Positions 13,291-34,950 of a DNA stretch of 64,000 nucleotides are shown here, one piece after another. A program made the translations under genes and the position numbers. A model generated the notes under the pieces. That model was given only the letters and a program-made list of their open reading frames with translations. It did no database searches and was not told where the DNA came from. The stretch is from the human T2T-CHM13v2.0 reference genome, Homo sapiens: assembly GCF_009914755.1 (NCBI RefSeq), contig NC_060933.1. One strand, given 5' to 3'. Each line of letters begins with the position of its first letter. The stretch's first letter is position 1.

Positions 13291-13704
13291 ATTAAATGTG
13301 TATGAAGTAAGATAATATATATAATAGGTAGACTTTAAAGTATAACATAAAAATATCACATAGCCATTTTTTTCTAATTGTTAGAATTGTGAAATATTCC
13401 TGAAATGGATTTATCAAATGAGAAGACAGAATCTCTCTGAGGTATTTTTAAATTTTCTCTAGAATGGTTGATTCTGACCTTTCTGTAAAAGACGATCTAT
13501 TTCTGGGCACAGATCCTAGAAACAGAATTCTGCCAAAGTGAGACTCCACTAACATTTATTGAATGTCTGCCGCATGCTACACACTTTCAAAGATGCTCTT
13601 TCATTATCGCCAGTAAAATCTGAAGCTTCAGGATCTATTCCTCTTCCCAGCAGAAAGTTTTGCCAGGAATATCAGAACCTCTTTTTTACAGCCTCTCAAG
13701 TACT

Positions 13705-14345
13705 TTCAAGATTATTCAGAAAAGCCCAAAACTTTGAACAACCCAAATGCCAATTAACAGGAGAATCAACGATACTACATCCATACAATGAAATATTACT
13801 GGGCAATGAAAAAGACAAACAACCAGATAAACATCATAGGAGGGACTCTCAAATCTGAGGCAAAAATAGTCAGGCCAAAAAATATACTGTATTTGCATGA
13901 AGTTCTAGAATATGAAAATCTAATTGATGGCGGTAGAAATCAGAATCGTTGTCCGCACAGGATAGGCGTGGGGATTGACTGCAGAGGGGCACTAGGGAAC
14001 TTGTGGGGTGATGGACATGTCCTGAATGTTGATCTGGGTGCTGATTGCACAGTTATGTACAGGCAGTGGTGTGCTGAAGCCCGCTGGCACCATCAAGAGA
14101 GTGGACTGTTAATTTTTCAGGATGTCTGCAAGCCAGTCAACATCACATTGATAGCTTGGAATCCACCACGGTGGAAATATTTATACTCCAGAAATTGGCA
14201 AACACTACAAAGCAGGGCTTTTTTATCCCACCAGAGAGCCAGTTGTAAAACATGTATGAACACACCACTGTATACATTTGCCAAAGCTCATTGAATTATA
14301 TATTTCAGATCTATGCATTATATTGTATGGAAATTATATTTCAAA
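13705..14345 (+). mobile_element. L1M 3' end hosting a MER63 element
   Basis: aactttgaacaacccaaatgcc...ccatacaatgaaatattact...aaagctcattgaattata. Confidence 0.75.
14064..14270. mobile_element. MER63-like hAT MITE
   Basis: Perfect 10-bp TIRs CAGTGGTGTG...CACACCACTG; 207 bp long. Confidence 0.8.
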
Positions 14346-14685
14346 AATGGGGGTGAATAAAAGCTCTCTGCTATCAGAGTGTGCAGAGCACAGCTGGAGG
14401 CCCATGCTGAGCAGCTGGGGAGAAAGGTTGGAATCAGTCATTTCTGGGATGGAAAAGCAAAATTTAAGAAGTCTTTCTCAGTCATAATGGATCTAAAGCA
14501 AGAAAGCAGATCAAAATACATAAGCCTCAGAATTGAGGCACAATACTGGGTCAGCATTTTGATAATGGCTGCATAGATTACAGATCATCAGCCTCACCTT
14601 AGCAAGGAGGAACTGGAGGCCCATATCAGAATCCAATGTTCATCTTCTATAATTTTATTAATTTTATTCTTTAAATCATCAGACA

Positions 14686-15042
<357 letters not shown>

Positions 15043-15610
15043 TCACATAAGCACTGCCACAATCAGGATTCAAAATAGTGCCATCACACCCCCAAAAACT
15101 CCCTCATGTTTTCCCTTTATAATCACAGCCTCTCCCACTCGTAACTCCTGACAACCACAGGTCTATCCTTCATCAGTATTTTATCTTCTCAAAAATGAGA
15201 AATACAGTACGTAAACTTCTGAGACTACTTCCTTCCCCCACCCTCCAGCATCATGCCTTGGAAAGTGCTCAGTTGCTGCATGTGTAAATAGTTCATTCCT
15301 TTCTACTGCTGAGTAGTATTTCATTGTATGGATATACCACAACTTCTTTATGCATTTACCTGTTCATTCACCTGTTGAAGGACATTTGCTTGGAGCAATT
15401 ATGAATAAAACATCAAATAATCATAGAATTATCAATAGAACATTTATACACAGGTTTTTATGTGAGCATTAAGTTTTCATTTCTCTAGGAAGTGGGGTTT
15501 CTGGGTTATAAGACAAATACATGTTAACTTTGTAAGAAACTGCCAAACTTTTCCAGACTGGCTATACCATTTTTTATTCCCACTCACAATGTATAAGAAT
15601 GGAAATAGAG

Positions 15611-15876
15611 CTTTGGGAAGCCGAGGCAGGCAGATCACAAGATCAGGAGATTGAGACCATCCTGGCTAACATGATGAAACCCCGTCTCTACTAAAAACAC
15701 GAAAAATTAGCCAGGCACAGTGGCGGGTGTCTATAGTCCCAACTACTCAGGAGGCTGAGGCAGGAGAATGGCATGAACCTAGGAGGTGGAGCTTGCAGTG
15801 AGCCGAGATCACACCACTGCACTCCAGCCTGGGGGACAGAGCAAGACTCAGTCTCAAAAAGAAAAAAAAAAAAAAA
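15611..15876 (+). mobile_element. 5'-truncated AluY-like element
   Basis: gagaccatcctggctaac, ggagaatggcatgaacc. Imperfect TSD aagaatggaaatagag / aagaattgcaatagag. Confidence 0.9.
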
Positions 15877-15889
15877 GAATTGCAATAGA

Positions 15890-18777
<2,888 letters not shown>

Positions 18778-19768
18778 GTAATTGCTCTCAACAGTTCTTG
18801 GTATTACCAAAGGTTTTCCTTTTTTCAGCAATTCTAATAGGTGTATTTGGTTTGTTTACAAGTCTCTAATGCTTAATGATATTGAACATCTTTTTGTGTT
18901 TTATTTGCCATTTATATATTCTGCAAAGTCTTGTGACATATGTGACTTGCAAAGTTTTTCTCCTGGGCTATACTGTTTTCATTCTTTTAATAGCATCTTA
19001 AGTCTTTTAATTTCAATAAAGACCTATTTATCAACTTTTTCGGATCGTGCTTATAGTACCGTGTCTAAGAACTCTTTTCCTAATCCCAGGAAGAGATTTT
19101 CTACTATGTTCTTTTCTGAACTTTTTAGAGCTTCACTTTTACATCTCATCAATATTGAGTTCATTTGTATACAAGCTGTAAGGTTTCAGTTTTCTTGTTT
19201 GTCTGTTTTGTTTATGTGAATGTTCAGTTGTTCTAACATCATTTGTTGAAAATATGATCCTTTACTGAATTACCCTTGCACCCTTGTCAAAAATCACATG
19301 GCCATATTTAAGCAGTTATCTTTCTGGACTCGATTCTGTTCCATTGAGCTCTGTGTTCCCAGGCAATACCATACTGTCCTGATTACTGTAACTTTGTAGT
19401 ATGTTTTAAAACTGGGTAGCATGTTTCCTACACCATTATTCTTATTTTTCAAAGTTGTTTTAGCTATTCAAGTCCTTGGACTTTCCATGTAAACATTAGA
19501 ATCAGCTTGTCTATAGCAACAATATGTCCTGGTGAGATTTTGACTGGAATTGTTTTAAATCTCTATATCAGTTTTGGCAGAATTGGCAACTTTTTAAAGT
19601 TAAGTCTTCCAATCTTCAAATATGGTGTTTCTTGTTATTTGTTTATATCTTCTTTGAGTATTTTCACTGGTATTTTGTAGCTTTCAGTAAGATGTTTATC
19701 TATTTCATTTTTTGGTATTCTATGTGGTACTGGTTTTCAATTTTCCTATCCAATTCCACATTTCTGGT

Positions 19769-20553
<785 letters not shown>

Positions 20554-21149
20554 GCTGATGTATAAAAATACAATTGATTTGTTTGTGTGTGTGTGTTAAC
20601 CTTATATCCTGCAAACTTGTTAAACTCACTTATTAGTCCTAAGAGGTCTTTGCAAACTCATTGGGTCTTTGACATAAACAATCATGTACACTATGAACAA
20701 GAACTGTCCTCTCCAGGGTGGGGTGGGCACCAGGTTAAGAGTTAGGCATCTCCTTGAGATGTCCTTATTTGCTTAGGTCCTGCATGAAAGCACATAGTGC
20801 CCTAGCTCTTTTGAAAAGCAGGAAAATCCTGAAAGAAAGCAACACAGAGCTTTCTCCATTGTGAGGTAGTGAGGAGGGGATTAGGACACTAGGTGAGAAA
20901 GGACAGGCCTAGACAATGAAGCAAGGGGCGAGTGGGTGGATGGGTAAAACCACCTGCTCCTCAAAACAGCCAGGCTCTGAGATGAAGCAGGAATCTGCAC
21001 TTAAACCGAGGCTGGATCCATCCTAGGGATTCAAGTGAGTCTGGCATTTTGACAGGAATCCCAGTGGAAGTCTTTTTGTGGAGTGAAGGGCGGGGGTGAG
21101 TTGCAAAATTTTCTGGACCAGAACTTATTGTAGGAAAAGAAGAATTGAA

Positions 21150-21315
21150 GCTGGGTATGGGCTCCTGCTTATGGTCCCAGCTACTCAGGAGGCTGAAGCA
21201 GGGGGATTGCTTGAGCCCAGGAGGCTGTGGTGTGCTATGATCACACCTGTGAATAGCTGCTACGCTCCAGCGTGGGTGAGAGAGCAAGACCCCATGTCTA
21301 AGAAAAGAAAGGAAA
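21150..21315 (+). mobile_element. FAM-like (7SL-derived) Alu monomer
   Basis: Contains cacctgtgaatagc, a 7SL/FAM-type segment absent from dimeric Alu arms. Confidence 0.75.
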
Positions 21316-22844
21316 GAATTCAGGCACTGTGAGGTAACCTAGGAACAAAGCTTCAAAACATTCTGAGTACAACAGAAAAAAAGAAGTTTTACTTAAAGTC
21401 CATAAAATCCTGGGACATTAGCAACCTTTTTTGGAAACCCCTCTCTTAAACTGTAACTCTAGGGAGACAGAGGTTCCCATAGACCAACAGAGCACATGGC
21501 CCCAGTGCCCAGCAGAGCAACGTGGAGCTGCAGAGTCCTGTGGGGGCTAATTTGTACACAAGCACATGTAACACCCCCACAGGAGCCCAGACTTTTCTTC
21601 TGTCTTGTTGCAGACTTTCAAAGAGCTAGAGACCCTGTCAAATCATGGGGGTGCAAAAACCCATGCAATTGAGGGGTTTTAACTCATGGTATGCTGTTTC
21701 TGCAGGCCTGTGTTGTCAAGCGAAAACAGAAAAGAGAAGGGAATTCCACCTTTGCCCACTGAGAACACATCTATGCTGAGAACACATCTACCCAACTCCT
21801 CTGTCACAACCCCTGTGAGAAGGTTCTGCCATCTCCCAGCCCTGAAGATTGTGAGGTCATCTGACCACTTATTACATTGCTAAACATGGCAGGATGTCAC
21901 CTGACTCGACACTAAGCTGCCCATCAATCATCACACCCCCTTTCTCCCACTTACTTTTCTATCACCCCGTAGATTCCCAACAGCTGTCCTTAAGTCCTCC
22001 AGGCTACAGAAACCACTCTTGAAACAATATGTCAGCATACCATTAGTGCCCTTTAACTCATACCCTCACTTCCCAGCCCCTCCTCTGTGAACGAAGTCTC
22101 TCCTTACCTCTTCCTCCAGCACTAATCAATCTAATGTTCCTTCACTCTTTTCTCCCCTCCCAGCTTCCCTCCAACCTGCACCCAATCCCCCCAAATCCTT
22201 TCTCCTCTTTCTTTGCAATTCTCCACACCAAGACTGAACACTTGTCAGAAATGGTGCTCCCCCTGGGCCCCTCCACACCTCCTGAAGCCCAATCCCTGTC
22301 ACTTCTTACCACCCCCAGCTCCCTGATGGCCCTGGGCCTCCCTCCCGACAGCTGAGGCCCTTCCTGGATCTCTACACGTCACCAAGCTAAGCCAGTGTTC
22401 CAAAATAGTCTCCTGAACAATGATGACAACTGCACAGTTATTTTGGAAGGTAAGTGTGGCCAGAGTCCCAGAACAATGCAGGAAAGACAATGGGATGGTG
22501 GGCAGCAGGTAGCCTGGCCAGCTCTGTTTGTGCAGATGAATTCAGGAGCCTGGCATTTCCTTGAAGGATGACCAGAGAATGGATGAGCTCTCAGGATCAC
22601 ACTGAGACCAGGTCCCTAATGCTCCTAATCCCTTAGGACACAAGGACCTGAAAGACATAGAAACTGCTTCTCTGAAAATTGGCTTGATTATTCTCCCAAA
22701 GTTGACCAGGATCCAGAGCTTAGATTGCAGGAGGTCAGGGCATATGCTGAGGCCTAGCTGTCTTCAAGCTGCAGTTTCCAAGATAGCCCAGAATAGAGTC
22801 CAATCAATATACGGCAATATATTTCTTCTTTGTTTTCTGTAAGT

Positions 22845-23365
22845 TTTATAAAAACACACATATAGAAATGTACATAAGTTTACAGCTCAGTGGATTTTCA
22901 CAAAGTGAACACACCCTCAAAACCAGCACCCAGATAAAGAGAATACAACAAAAACAGCAGAGGGCCTCCTCACCCCTACTTCCAGCCAATACCCCATCCC
23001 CTACCCCAGGATAAATGCAATCCCAGCTTCTAACATTGTGCATTGGTTTTGCCTGTTCTTTGAACTTTCTGTAGCAGTTATAGAGTATGTACACTTCTGT
23101 GATTGGCTCATTTCAGCCAACATAATGTCTGTGAGATTCATCCTTCTTGGATATAGTTCCAGTTAATTCATTATCATTATTATATTGCATTCAATAAATA
23201 TTACTACAATTCATTCATCCATTCTATTCTCCGGTATTTGGGTAGTTTGCAGTTTGAGGGCATAAGTAGTAGAAGTATTGTGAATATTCTAAGACATGTT
23301 TTCGTTAAACATATATGCAGCTCTGTTGGGTACAGTATAGGCCTTGGAGTGGAATTACAGTTCTC
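22845..23365 (-). mobile_element. L1ME-like 3' end
   Basis: tggattttcacaaagtgaacacacc...cataatgtctgtgagattcatcc...catatatgcagc. Confidence 0.75.
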
Positions 23366-24285
23366 AGAAACAAAAGAAAATAAATTCAAGTTTGATATAG
23401 ACCTGATTGTTGCAAGACATAGATTCCCTGATTGTAGTGAACCTGAGTTGGCCATGAGCAGTGGAAGGAGTGTGCTTGTTAAAAGGACAAATATGATGCT
23501 GGGAGACATGTACAAATCTCAAGAGATTATTCAGGGAAGCACCAGATTTATTTTAAATGATGGGAAGAGGTGTCAAATAAAGGTTATAAAAACATTCCAG
23601 TAAATAAGGCCAATGGTGGGTTGATAATATCTTCAAAGAACATGTTTAGGATCATACGGTTCTTCTTCATTCTTCTCTGCAGAACTTCCTGGCAGTGATG
23701 GCAGTGGAACATTGGAAACAGAGATGAACAGGAGGTGGGAAGAGGAGGCTAAGTACATGTAGGCCTAAAAGTCTCTGCCTTGGGAGATTTTTAACAGTCC
23801 TGGATGGAGGTAAGGAGGCAGGCGTGATTCTAAGATCTCAAGGAAAGGAGATTCTATGTCACTCTTCTCTTCCCTTGGCCCTCAGACTGTTTACGAACAA
23901 AATAATTTCATCAATTATTTCATTATTTCATTATAGCAGATCCCCTCACTGAGACTTCCAAAGATTTTTATCAACAATTTTATGTCACTCCCACTAACTC
24001 TTTGAAGGTAAATGGCAGAATTAATTTTCCCGTTTAAAAAACAGAAACACAAAGACCCAGTGGAGTCTGCATTTTCTAGTTTTAGTCAGCCATTCTGGAA
24101 GCTGCGTCCTGGTAACCGCAGTGTCCCAGCTGTGAACTCCGGGCAAGTGTACAGCATCATCTTCCATTCACCATGTGGTTACTGCACTTCTCATACAAAC
24201 TACCTGCGTTACTCAGTTATCCAGTATCAAGGACTATGCCACACTCCTTAGAGCAGATGCAGGGCACTTAGAGATTAATAAAACA

Positions 24286-24595
<310 letters not shown>

Positions 24596-25773
24596 CCCTT
24601 TTAGAGTTCAAGTCTTAATTGCCATATGGCTTTGAGCAACTTATTTTATCTCACTGTGCCTCCATTTCCTAGACCTGGAAACGAAAATAAGAGAGAATGA
24701 AATTTAAACAGCTTCTCAGAAGAGTATGTAAGTTAAGCCACATAAAACATATAAATAAATATCTGTCACTTAGTAGCCACTCAGCACATGGTAATTACAA
24801 AGCATGGTGCCATAAGAAGTTGCTGGGGAGGCAGACATGTAAATGAATGCAGAAAATATATGAGGAATACTAAAATACAAATTAAAGTGTCCTGTGGCTT
24901 TTTCATCCACATAGATGAGTGTCAAAGCTACTATCTCTCTGGGAGGATCATGGCAGACAGGAGGCAGGTCTAGATTGCAGCTCCCACTCAGATGGACAGA
25001 GCAGCATGTGGAGTATTGCATCATGAACTTTTGCTCCAGAATGACTGCAGGAAGAAATCAGGAAAGCCAAGAGAACCCACAGACCCTCTGTGGGAAGTGA
25101 ATTGCTCCTGCAGGACCTGGGAGACACCCCAAACACCATGAGTGCCCAAACTATGGAAGTCGGAAAGGGGCATCGTTCACCCCCAAACACACAACCTCAC
25201 TGGGGAACCGCAAGATCTAGATCACTGGAGAAGATTCTGACATTACCTGGAGCTGAGTCAATTTAGAGAGCCGAGTGAAATGCAGGGGTAGAGGAAGCAG
25301 TGGGAAAATCCCTGTGGGCTCTCTGGGTGACCTAGCAATCCATTTCTGCCTTGCCTCCCAGGGGTCATTGGGGAGGGCTACCAGAGGCACTGGGAAAAGG
25401 CCACAGGGAGAAGGAAGCCTCCAGCTGAACTTTGTAACAATTCCAACTGAACAAGAAGTCTCCTGGCCAGAACTACAGGGAGGGCGTGAATCCTGTGTGC
25501 AGACCACAGGCAGGGAAGCACGAAGGGTTCACAGCTCTCACAGCTGGGCGGCTGGTAGCCTGGGGCAAGCTCTCAGCCCTGCTTGCCCACTGCCCTGGAC
25601 ACAGACTTGGTGCTGTTGAGCAGGGAATGGTGAGAGTGAGACTGGCCCTTTGGGTTGTGAGGGAGCTGGGTGAGGCCTGTGATTGCCAGCTTTCCCTCAC
25701 TTCCCTGACAACCTGCATGACACATCAGAGGCAGCATAATCCTCCTAGGAACATAACTCCATTGACCTGGGAA

Positions 25774-25833
25774 CCACACCTCCATCTCCCACAGCAGCCA
25801 CAGCCACACCTCCATCTCCCACAGCAGCCACAG
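25774..25833. repeat. Perfect 30-bp tandem duplication in the L1PB 5'UTR
   Basis: ccacacctccatctcccacagcagccacag x2. Confidence 0.95.
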
Positions 25834-27394
25834 CAAGACCCACTCAAGGAGAGTCTGAACTCAGACATGCCTAGCGCTGCCCCCACTTAATGGTCCTTCC
25901 CTACCCACCCTGCTAGCTGAAGACAAACAGCGTATACTCTTGGGAGTTCTAGGGCCCCACCCACCACCTGATCCCTCCCATACTACCATAGCTGATGCTC
26001 TCTGGAAAGTGCCACCTCCCAGCAGGAAGCCAGCCAACTCAAAAACAGTGCATTAAACCACCAAGACTAAGGACCCTCACAGAGTCCATTTCACCCCCCT
26101 GCCACCTCCACCAGAGCAGGCATTGGTATCCACAGCTGAGAGACCCACAGATGGTTCATATCACAAGACTCTGTACAGACAACTCCCAGTGCCAGCCCAG
26201 AGCCTGGTAGACCTGTTGGGTGACTAAATTCAGAAGAGAGATAATACTCACGACAGCTCAGATCTCAGGAAGCCACATCCCTAGGAAAAGGGGGAGAGTA
26301 CTACATCAAGGGAACACCCTGTGGGACAAAAGAATCTGAACAACAGCCTTGAGCCCTAGACCTTCCCTCCGACAGAGCCTACCCAAATGAGAAGGAACTA
26401 GGAAACCAACTCCGGTAATATGACAAAACAAGGCTCTTTAATACCCTCCAAAAAATCACACTAGCTCACCAGCAATGAATCCAACCAAAAAAAAATCCCT
26501 GATTTACCTGAAAAAAAATTCTTAAGGTCAGTTATTAAGCTAATCAAAGAGGTGCCAGAAAAAGGAAAAGCCCAATTTAAGGAAATAAAAAAAAAATACA
26601 GAAAGTAAGGGGAGAAATTTTCAATGAAATAGGTAGCATATAGTAAAAAGTAATCAAAACTTCAGGAACCAACGGATGTAGTTATAGAAATTCAAAATGC
26701 TCTGGGAAGTCTCAGCAATAGAAGCGAATGAGCAGGAGAAAGAACCTCAGAGTTCAAACACAAGGTTTTCAAAATAATCCAACAAAAACAAAGAAAAAAG
26801 AATAAGAAAATATGAACAAAGCCTCCAAGAAGTCTGGGATTATGTTAAATGACCAAACCAAAGAATAATCGGCATTCCTAAGAAGAAGAGAAATCTAAAA
26901 GTTTGGAAAACATATTAGGGTATCCACTACTGGGTATCTACCCAGAGGAAGTCATTACATGAAAAGGATACTTGCACACATATGTTTATAGCAGCACAAT
27001 TCTCAGTTGTAAAAATGTGGAACCAACCCATATGCCCATCAATCAATGAGTGGATAAAGAAACTGCAGTATACATATACGATGGAATACTACTCAGCCAT
27101 AAACAGGAATGAATTAATGGCATTCACAGCAACCTGGATGAGATCGGAGACCATTATTCTAAGTGAAATAACTCAGGAATGGAAAAGCAAACATTGTATG
27201 TTCTCAATCATATGTGGGAGCTAAGCTATGAGGATACAGAGACATAAGAATGACACAGTGGACTTTGGGGACTCAGGGAGAAAGGGTGGGAAGGGAGTGA
27301 TGGATAAAAGACTACAATTTGGGTGCAGTGTATACTGCTCGGGTGATGTGTGCACCAAAATCTCACAAATCACCACTAAAGATCTTACTCATGT

Positions 27395-27700
<306 letters not shown>

Positions 27701-27703
27701 TCA

Positions 27704-28097
<394 letters not shown>

Positions 28098-28939
28098 CTA
28101 ATAGGGAAAAACAGCTAGTATCACTCTTACATGAGATCTTTAGGCATTATACAGTAAGACTGTCTCAATCTCAGTAAGAACTAAGTAAATAAATAAAATA
28201 ACAGACTTTTGTGCATCCAAAACTTTCAGGCAAAGATTGTAAGTTCTCTAGCATCATTATATGCCCAGGTTATATTTCTCAAGCCTTACTTGTTCCTTCC
28301 ACACATTAACATTTCAGAATTATATTTCATTTATAACAGGTATTCTCTAGGCTCACTAACCTGACAGGGTTAATATCAAAAAATAAAAACAAAAATAATG
28401 GCATTTAAATAAAAATAGCCTCTGGCTTGAGCCCATCCTAGCAACCACAGTGAAATTCCAGCTTCCCCCAAATCTTCTCAGAGTTCTTGGATGGCCTGAG
28501 AATGATCCCCACAGCCTCTAGACGCTACCTGCAATGTTCTTTGCAAGGAGCTCCCCTCTTCCCTTCAATTGGTTCCACCTCTGTCTACAAAGCTGCTTTC
28601 CTTTCTCTCTTATGGCTCACTTTACTGATACTGAACTCCTTGCTTCCCAATATTGAGATCTGCTGTGTCCTGGGGCTGGGGCTGTACCTCTCCCGTATCA
28701 CTCCCCTGCTCTTGTCACCATCAGCGCTTCTGTCCTGAGCTACAAGCCCTCAGCTAAGCCACAGCATGCAAGTGCATGTTTCAGTCTACAGGCAGAGCTG
28801 GAGGCCGCTTGCTCCAAAAGAGAACATCCACTTTACTTTCTTACCTTGCTGCATCCACAAGAGGGAGCCTCGTGCCAGCTTCTCCAGCCAGGATGGTAGC
28901 CCCCAAGACTCTTCCTCTTCCATCCACCTTTAGGTGCAG

Positions 28940-31080
28940 CATCCAACAAGGTCAAAATCACAATGTCTTGCATCTAACAAAAAATTACCAGGCATAAAAA
29001 AAAAAAAAAAAAAAAAACAGGAAAATATGACCCTTAATATAAAGGAAAAAAACATGAAAAACAACCCAGAAATGACACAGACTATAGAATTAGTGGAAAT
29101 AGTTATTATAATTGTATCCTATATGATATATAGTGTATATATATATGTAATTGATATATAATTGTATCAAAAATTTAGAAGACTGAACGTGTTGGTAGAT
29201 CTATAGAAGATGTTTTTTAAATACCCAAATTGAACTTCTGAAATTAAAACTATAATGTCTAACATGAAAACACATTGGATGAGATTAACAGCAGATTAGA
29301 CACTAAGAAGAAAAGATTTGTGAACTTAAAGACAGCAATAAAAGCCATCCAAATTGAAATACAAAGAGAAAAAAAACAATGAAAAGAAACGAGAAGAGCA
29401 TCAGGGCATTGTGGGACAACTTCAATCAGTCTAAAAAATGAAAAGATGCTTCCAAATGTAAAAAAGAATCCTTTAAATTGTCAAAGAGCCCATCAGAATT
29501 TTTAACAGCTCTATTAGAAAAAAAATTCATTTTGCTGCTTAAGTTCCAGCAGGCCAATCTTTGTGATGAATCCCTTGGGATGTTGCCAATCCAGACAGGC
29601 AGCTCTTAAGGTGACATACCAGTCATCCAGGGACTTACCATCATGTCAGTCATTTTGTTACTGTTTTTAATAATGTAAAATACTTGACCAATGAGGATTC
29701 CTTCCAGAAATGCAAAAGTTATCCAACAATAGGAATCCTATCTACACAAATCATTACATTTATAAAGAAGAAAGCCCACATGATTTTATGAATTAATGTA
29801 TAAAGGTGTTTCTCTAATATTTAACAGCATTCTAATAAAAAGTTTAACTAACATAGGAATAGACAGAAGCTACCTAAACAAGACGAAAACTGTTTACCAA
29901 AACAGAATTCTATTTTTAATCATGATGGAATAATAGAGACTAGAAGTACCTTCCCTCCTTGCACAACTAAAAGCTGGACAAAATATATCAAGTGAAAGTT
30001 TTCAGACATTGGACAACAGGCAGTGCAAGACTGTGATCCCTGAGAGAAAGACAAGTGAGATGAGCCTGCAAGTACCCCCAGCTCACTGCCTGGAGAATTT
30101 CCAGGCTGATCACAGAAAAAAGAAACCAAAACAGGAGTCCAACAGTCTCACTGATTAAGGAGACAAAGTTCAGAGTTCCAGCAGGGCAAAATGAGAAAAA
30201 TCTGTGAGGCAAAGTATCAGAGAAAAAGTACTGCAGAGAGTGAGGGTTCCAGAGATCTGCAGAGCAGTCCCTCAAGACTTGGGCTGAGTACTGCTATGCA
30301 CTTGTGTAAGGAGACTACTGAGGCTGGGGAAAGAACAGCAGAGAAGAGTAGGCAGAACAATTTCAGGAGTTCACACAGGACCAGAAATAGTGTTTTCCCT
30401 AGCCGGTTTGGGAAGATCTCCTAATACGGTGGGGCATTGGGTACAGTTCTCAAAAGCAAATTGCCTCAGTGGGGCCAAATTAGCCCTCAGTGTAAAAGTA
30501 AAGTACCTAAAGGGATGTTTAGAAATCCAGCACCCAATAACATAATGTGTACAATGTCTGGCATTCAATAAAATATTACCTAGTATGCAAATAAGCAGGA
30601 ACATAAGACCCAGTACCAGAAAAAAAAAAAATCATTCTATAAACATAGACCTATATATGACTCAGATGTTAGAATTTGTAGGCAAGGACATCAAAACAAG
30701 AATTATAAATTCACTCCATATGTTCAAGAAGTACAAGAAAGCATGAGTATAGTCGGGAGAAAAATGAAATGCCTAACTAAACTTCTAGAAATGAAAAATA
30801 CAATAACTAAGCTGAAAAATACATTGGCAGGATTAACAGCAGATTAAATGCTACAGGAGAAAAGATTTGTGAATTTGAAGATATAGCAATAGGAACTATG
30901 CAAATTAAACAGTGAGAGAAAATATAAGCCAGAAGAAAACTAAACAAAGCATCAATAAGTTGTGGGACAATATCAAGTAGCCTAACATATACATAACTGG
31001 AGTATCCAGAAGAGGGGAGGAAAATAATACTTGAAAAAAATGGCCATTTTTTTTCCAAATTTAATGAAAATAAACCCACA
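28940..31080 (+). mobile_element. Old L1M fragments (5' region, ORF1, part of ORF2)
   Basis: Two related ORF1 copies (ggatgagattaacagcagattaga at 29277; gcaggattaacagcagattaaa at 30827). Confidence 0.7.
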
Positions 31081-31527
31081 TGTATTAGTCAGAGTTCTAC
31101 AAAGAAACGGAAGGAATAGGATATATATATATATATAGTATTTATATTAGTATTATACTATATATATTTTATACATATAAAATATATTGCAGGTGTGAGC
31201 CACCATACCCAGTATATGTATTATTTATATATGTAAATATGTAGTATTTTACTAATATAAATATATTGGCAACATATAACTATATTTACATATATAAATA
31301 TATTAGAGGGAGAGAGAGATTTATATGAAGAATTGGCTCACACGGTTATGAAGGCCAAAAAGTGCCATGATCTGCCATCTGCAAGTCAGAGACCCAGGAA
31401 GACCAGTGCTGTAATTCAGCCAGTGGTTGGGTCCATCCAGAAGCACTCTCATGGACACAGCAAAAATTATGTTTAACCTGTGCACCCCATAGCCCAGTCA
31501 TGTTGACACATAAAATTTATTATCACA
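31081..31527 (-). mobile_element. MLT2 LTR (3' LTR of the adjoining ERVL)
   Basis: tgtattagtcagagttct...gaattggctcacacggttatg...gttgacacataaaatttattatcaca. Confidence 0.85.
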
Positions 31528-34204
<2,677 letters not shown>

Positions 34205-34547
34205 ACTCCTGCAAGAATGGCCATAATAAAAAAAACAGTAGTCGTTGGCATGGATGCAGTGAACCAGGAACACTTCCGCACTGCTGGTGGGAATGTATAC
34301 TAGTACAACCACTATGGAAAACAGTGTGGAGATTCCTTAAAGAACTAAAAGTAGAATTATCATTTGATCTGGCAATCCCACTACTAGGTATCTACCCAGA
34401 GGAAAAGAAGTCGTTATTTGAAAAAGATACTTGCACATGCATGTTTATAGCAGCATAATTTACAACTGCAAAATTGTGGAACCAACTCAAATACTGATCA
34501 ATGAGTGGATAAAAAAAACTGTGGTTTTTTATACGTATACATATGTG

Positions 34548-34595
<48 letters not shown>

Positions 34596-34950
34596 ATGGA
34601 ATACTACACAGCCATGAAAAGGAATGAATTAACAGCATTTGCAGTGACCTGGATGAGACTGGAGATTATTATTCTAGTGAAGTAACTCAGGAAGGGAAAA
34701 CCAAACATCATATGTTCTCACTGATATGTGGGAGTTAGCTATGAGGATGCGAAGGCATAGAATGATACAATGGACTTTGGGGGCTTGGGGAGAAAAGTAG
34801 GAGGGGGTCAAGGGATAAAAGACTACAAATATGGTGCAGTGTATACTGCTCGGGTGATAAGTGCACCAAAATCTCACAAATCACCACTAAATAACTTACT
34901 CGTGTAACCAAATACCACCAGTACCCCAATAACTTATGAAAAAAAAAATT
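34205..34950 (+). mobile_element. L1PB 3' fragment with (TG)n at ~34545-34592
   Basis: [24 protein letters not shown], then L1PB 3'UTR and A tail. Confidence 0.9.

Noticed and set aside
13788-14294. 168-aa ORF
   Set aside because: Spans an L1 3'UTR and a MER63 insertion; no recognisable domain.
21150-21315. Functional 7SL RNA gene
   Set aside because: Too short and diverged and lacks the S domain; fits a FAM monomer.
23238-23603. 121-aa ORF
   Set aside because: Non-ATG start inside an antisense L1; no recognisable homology.
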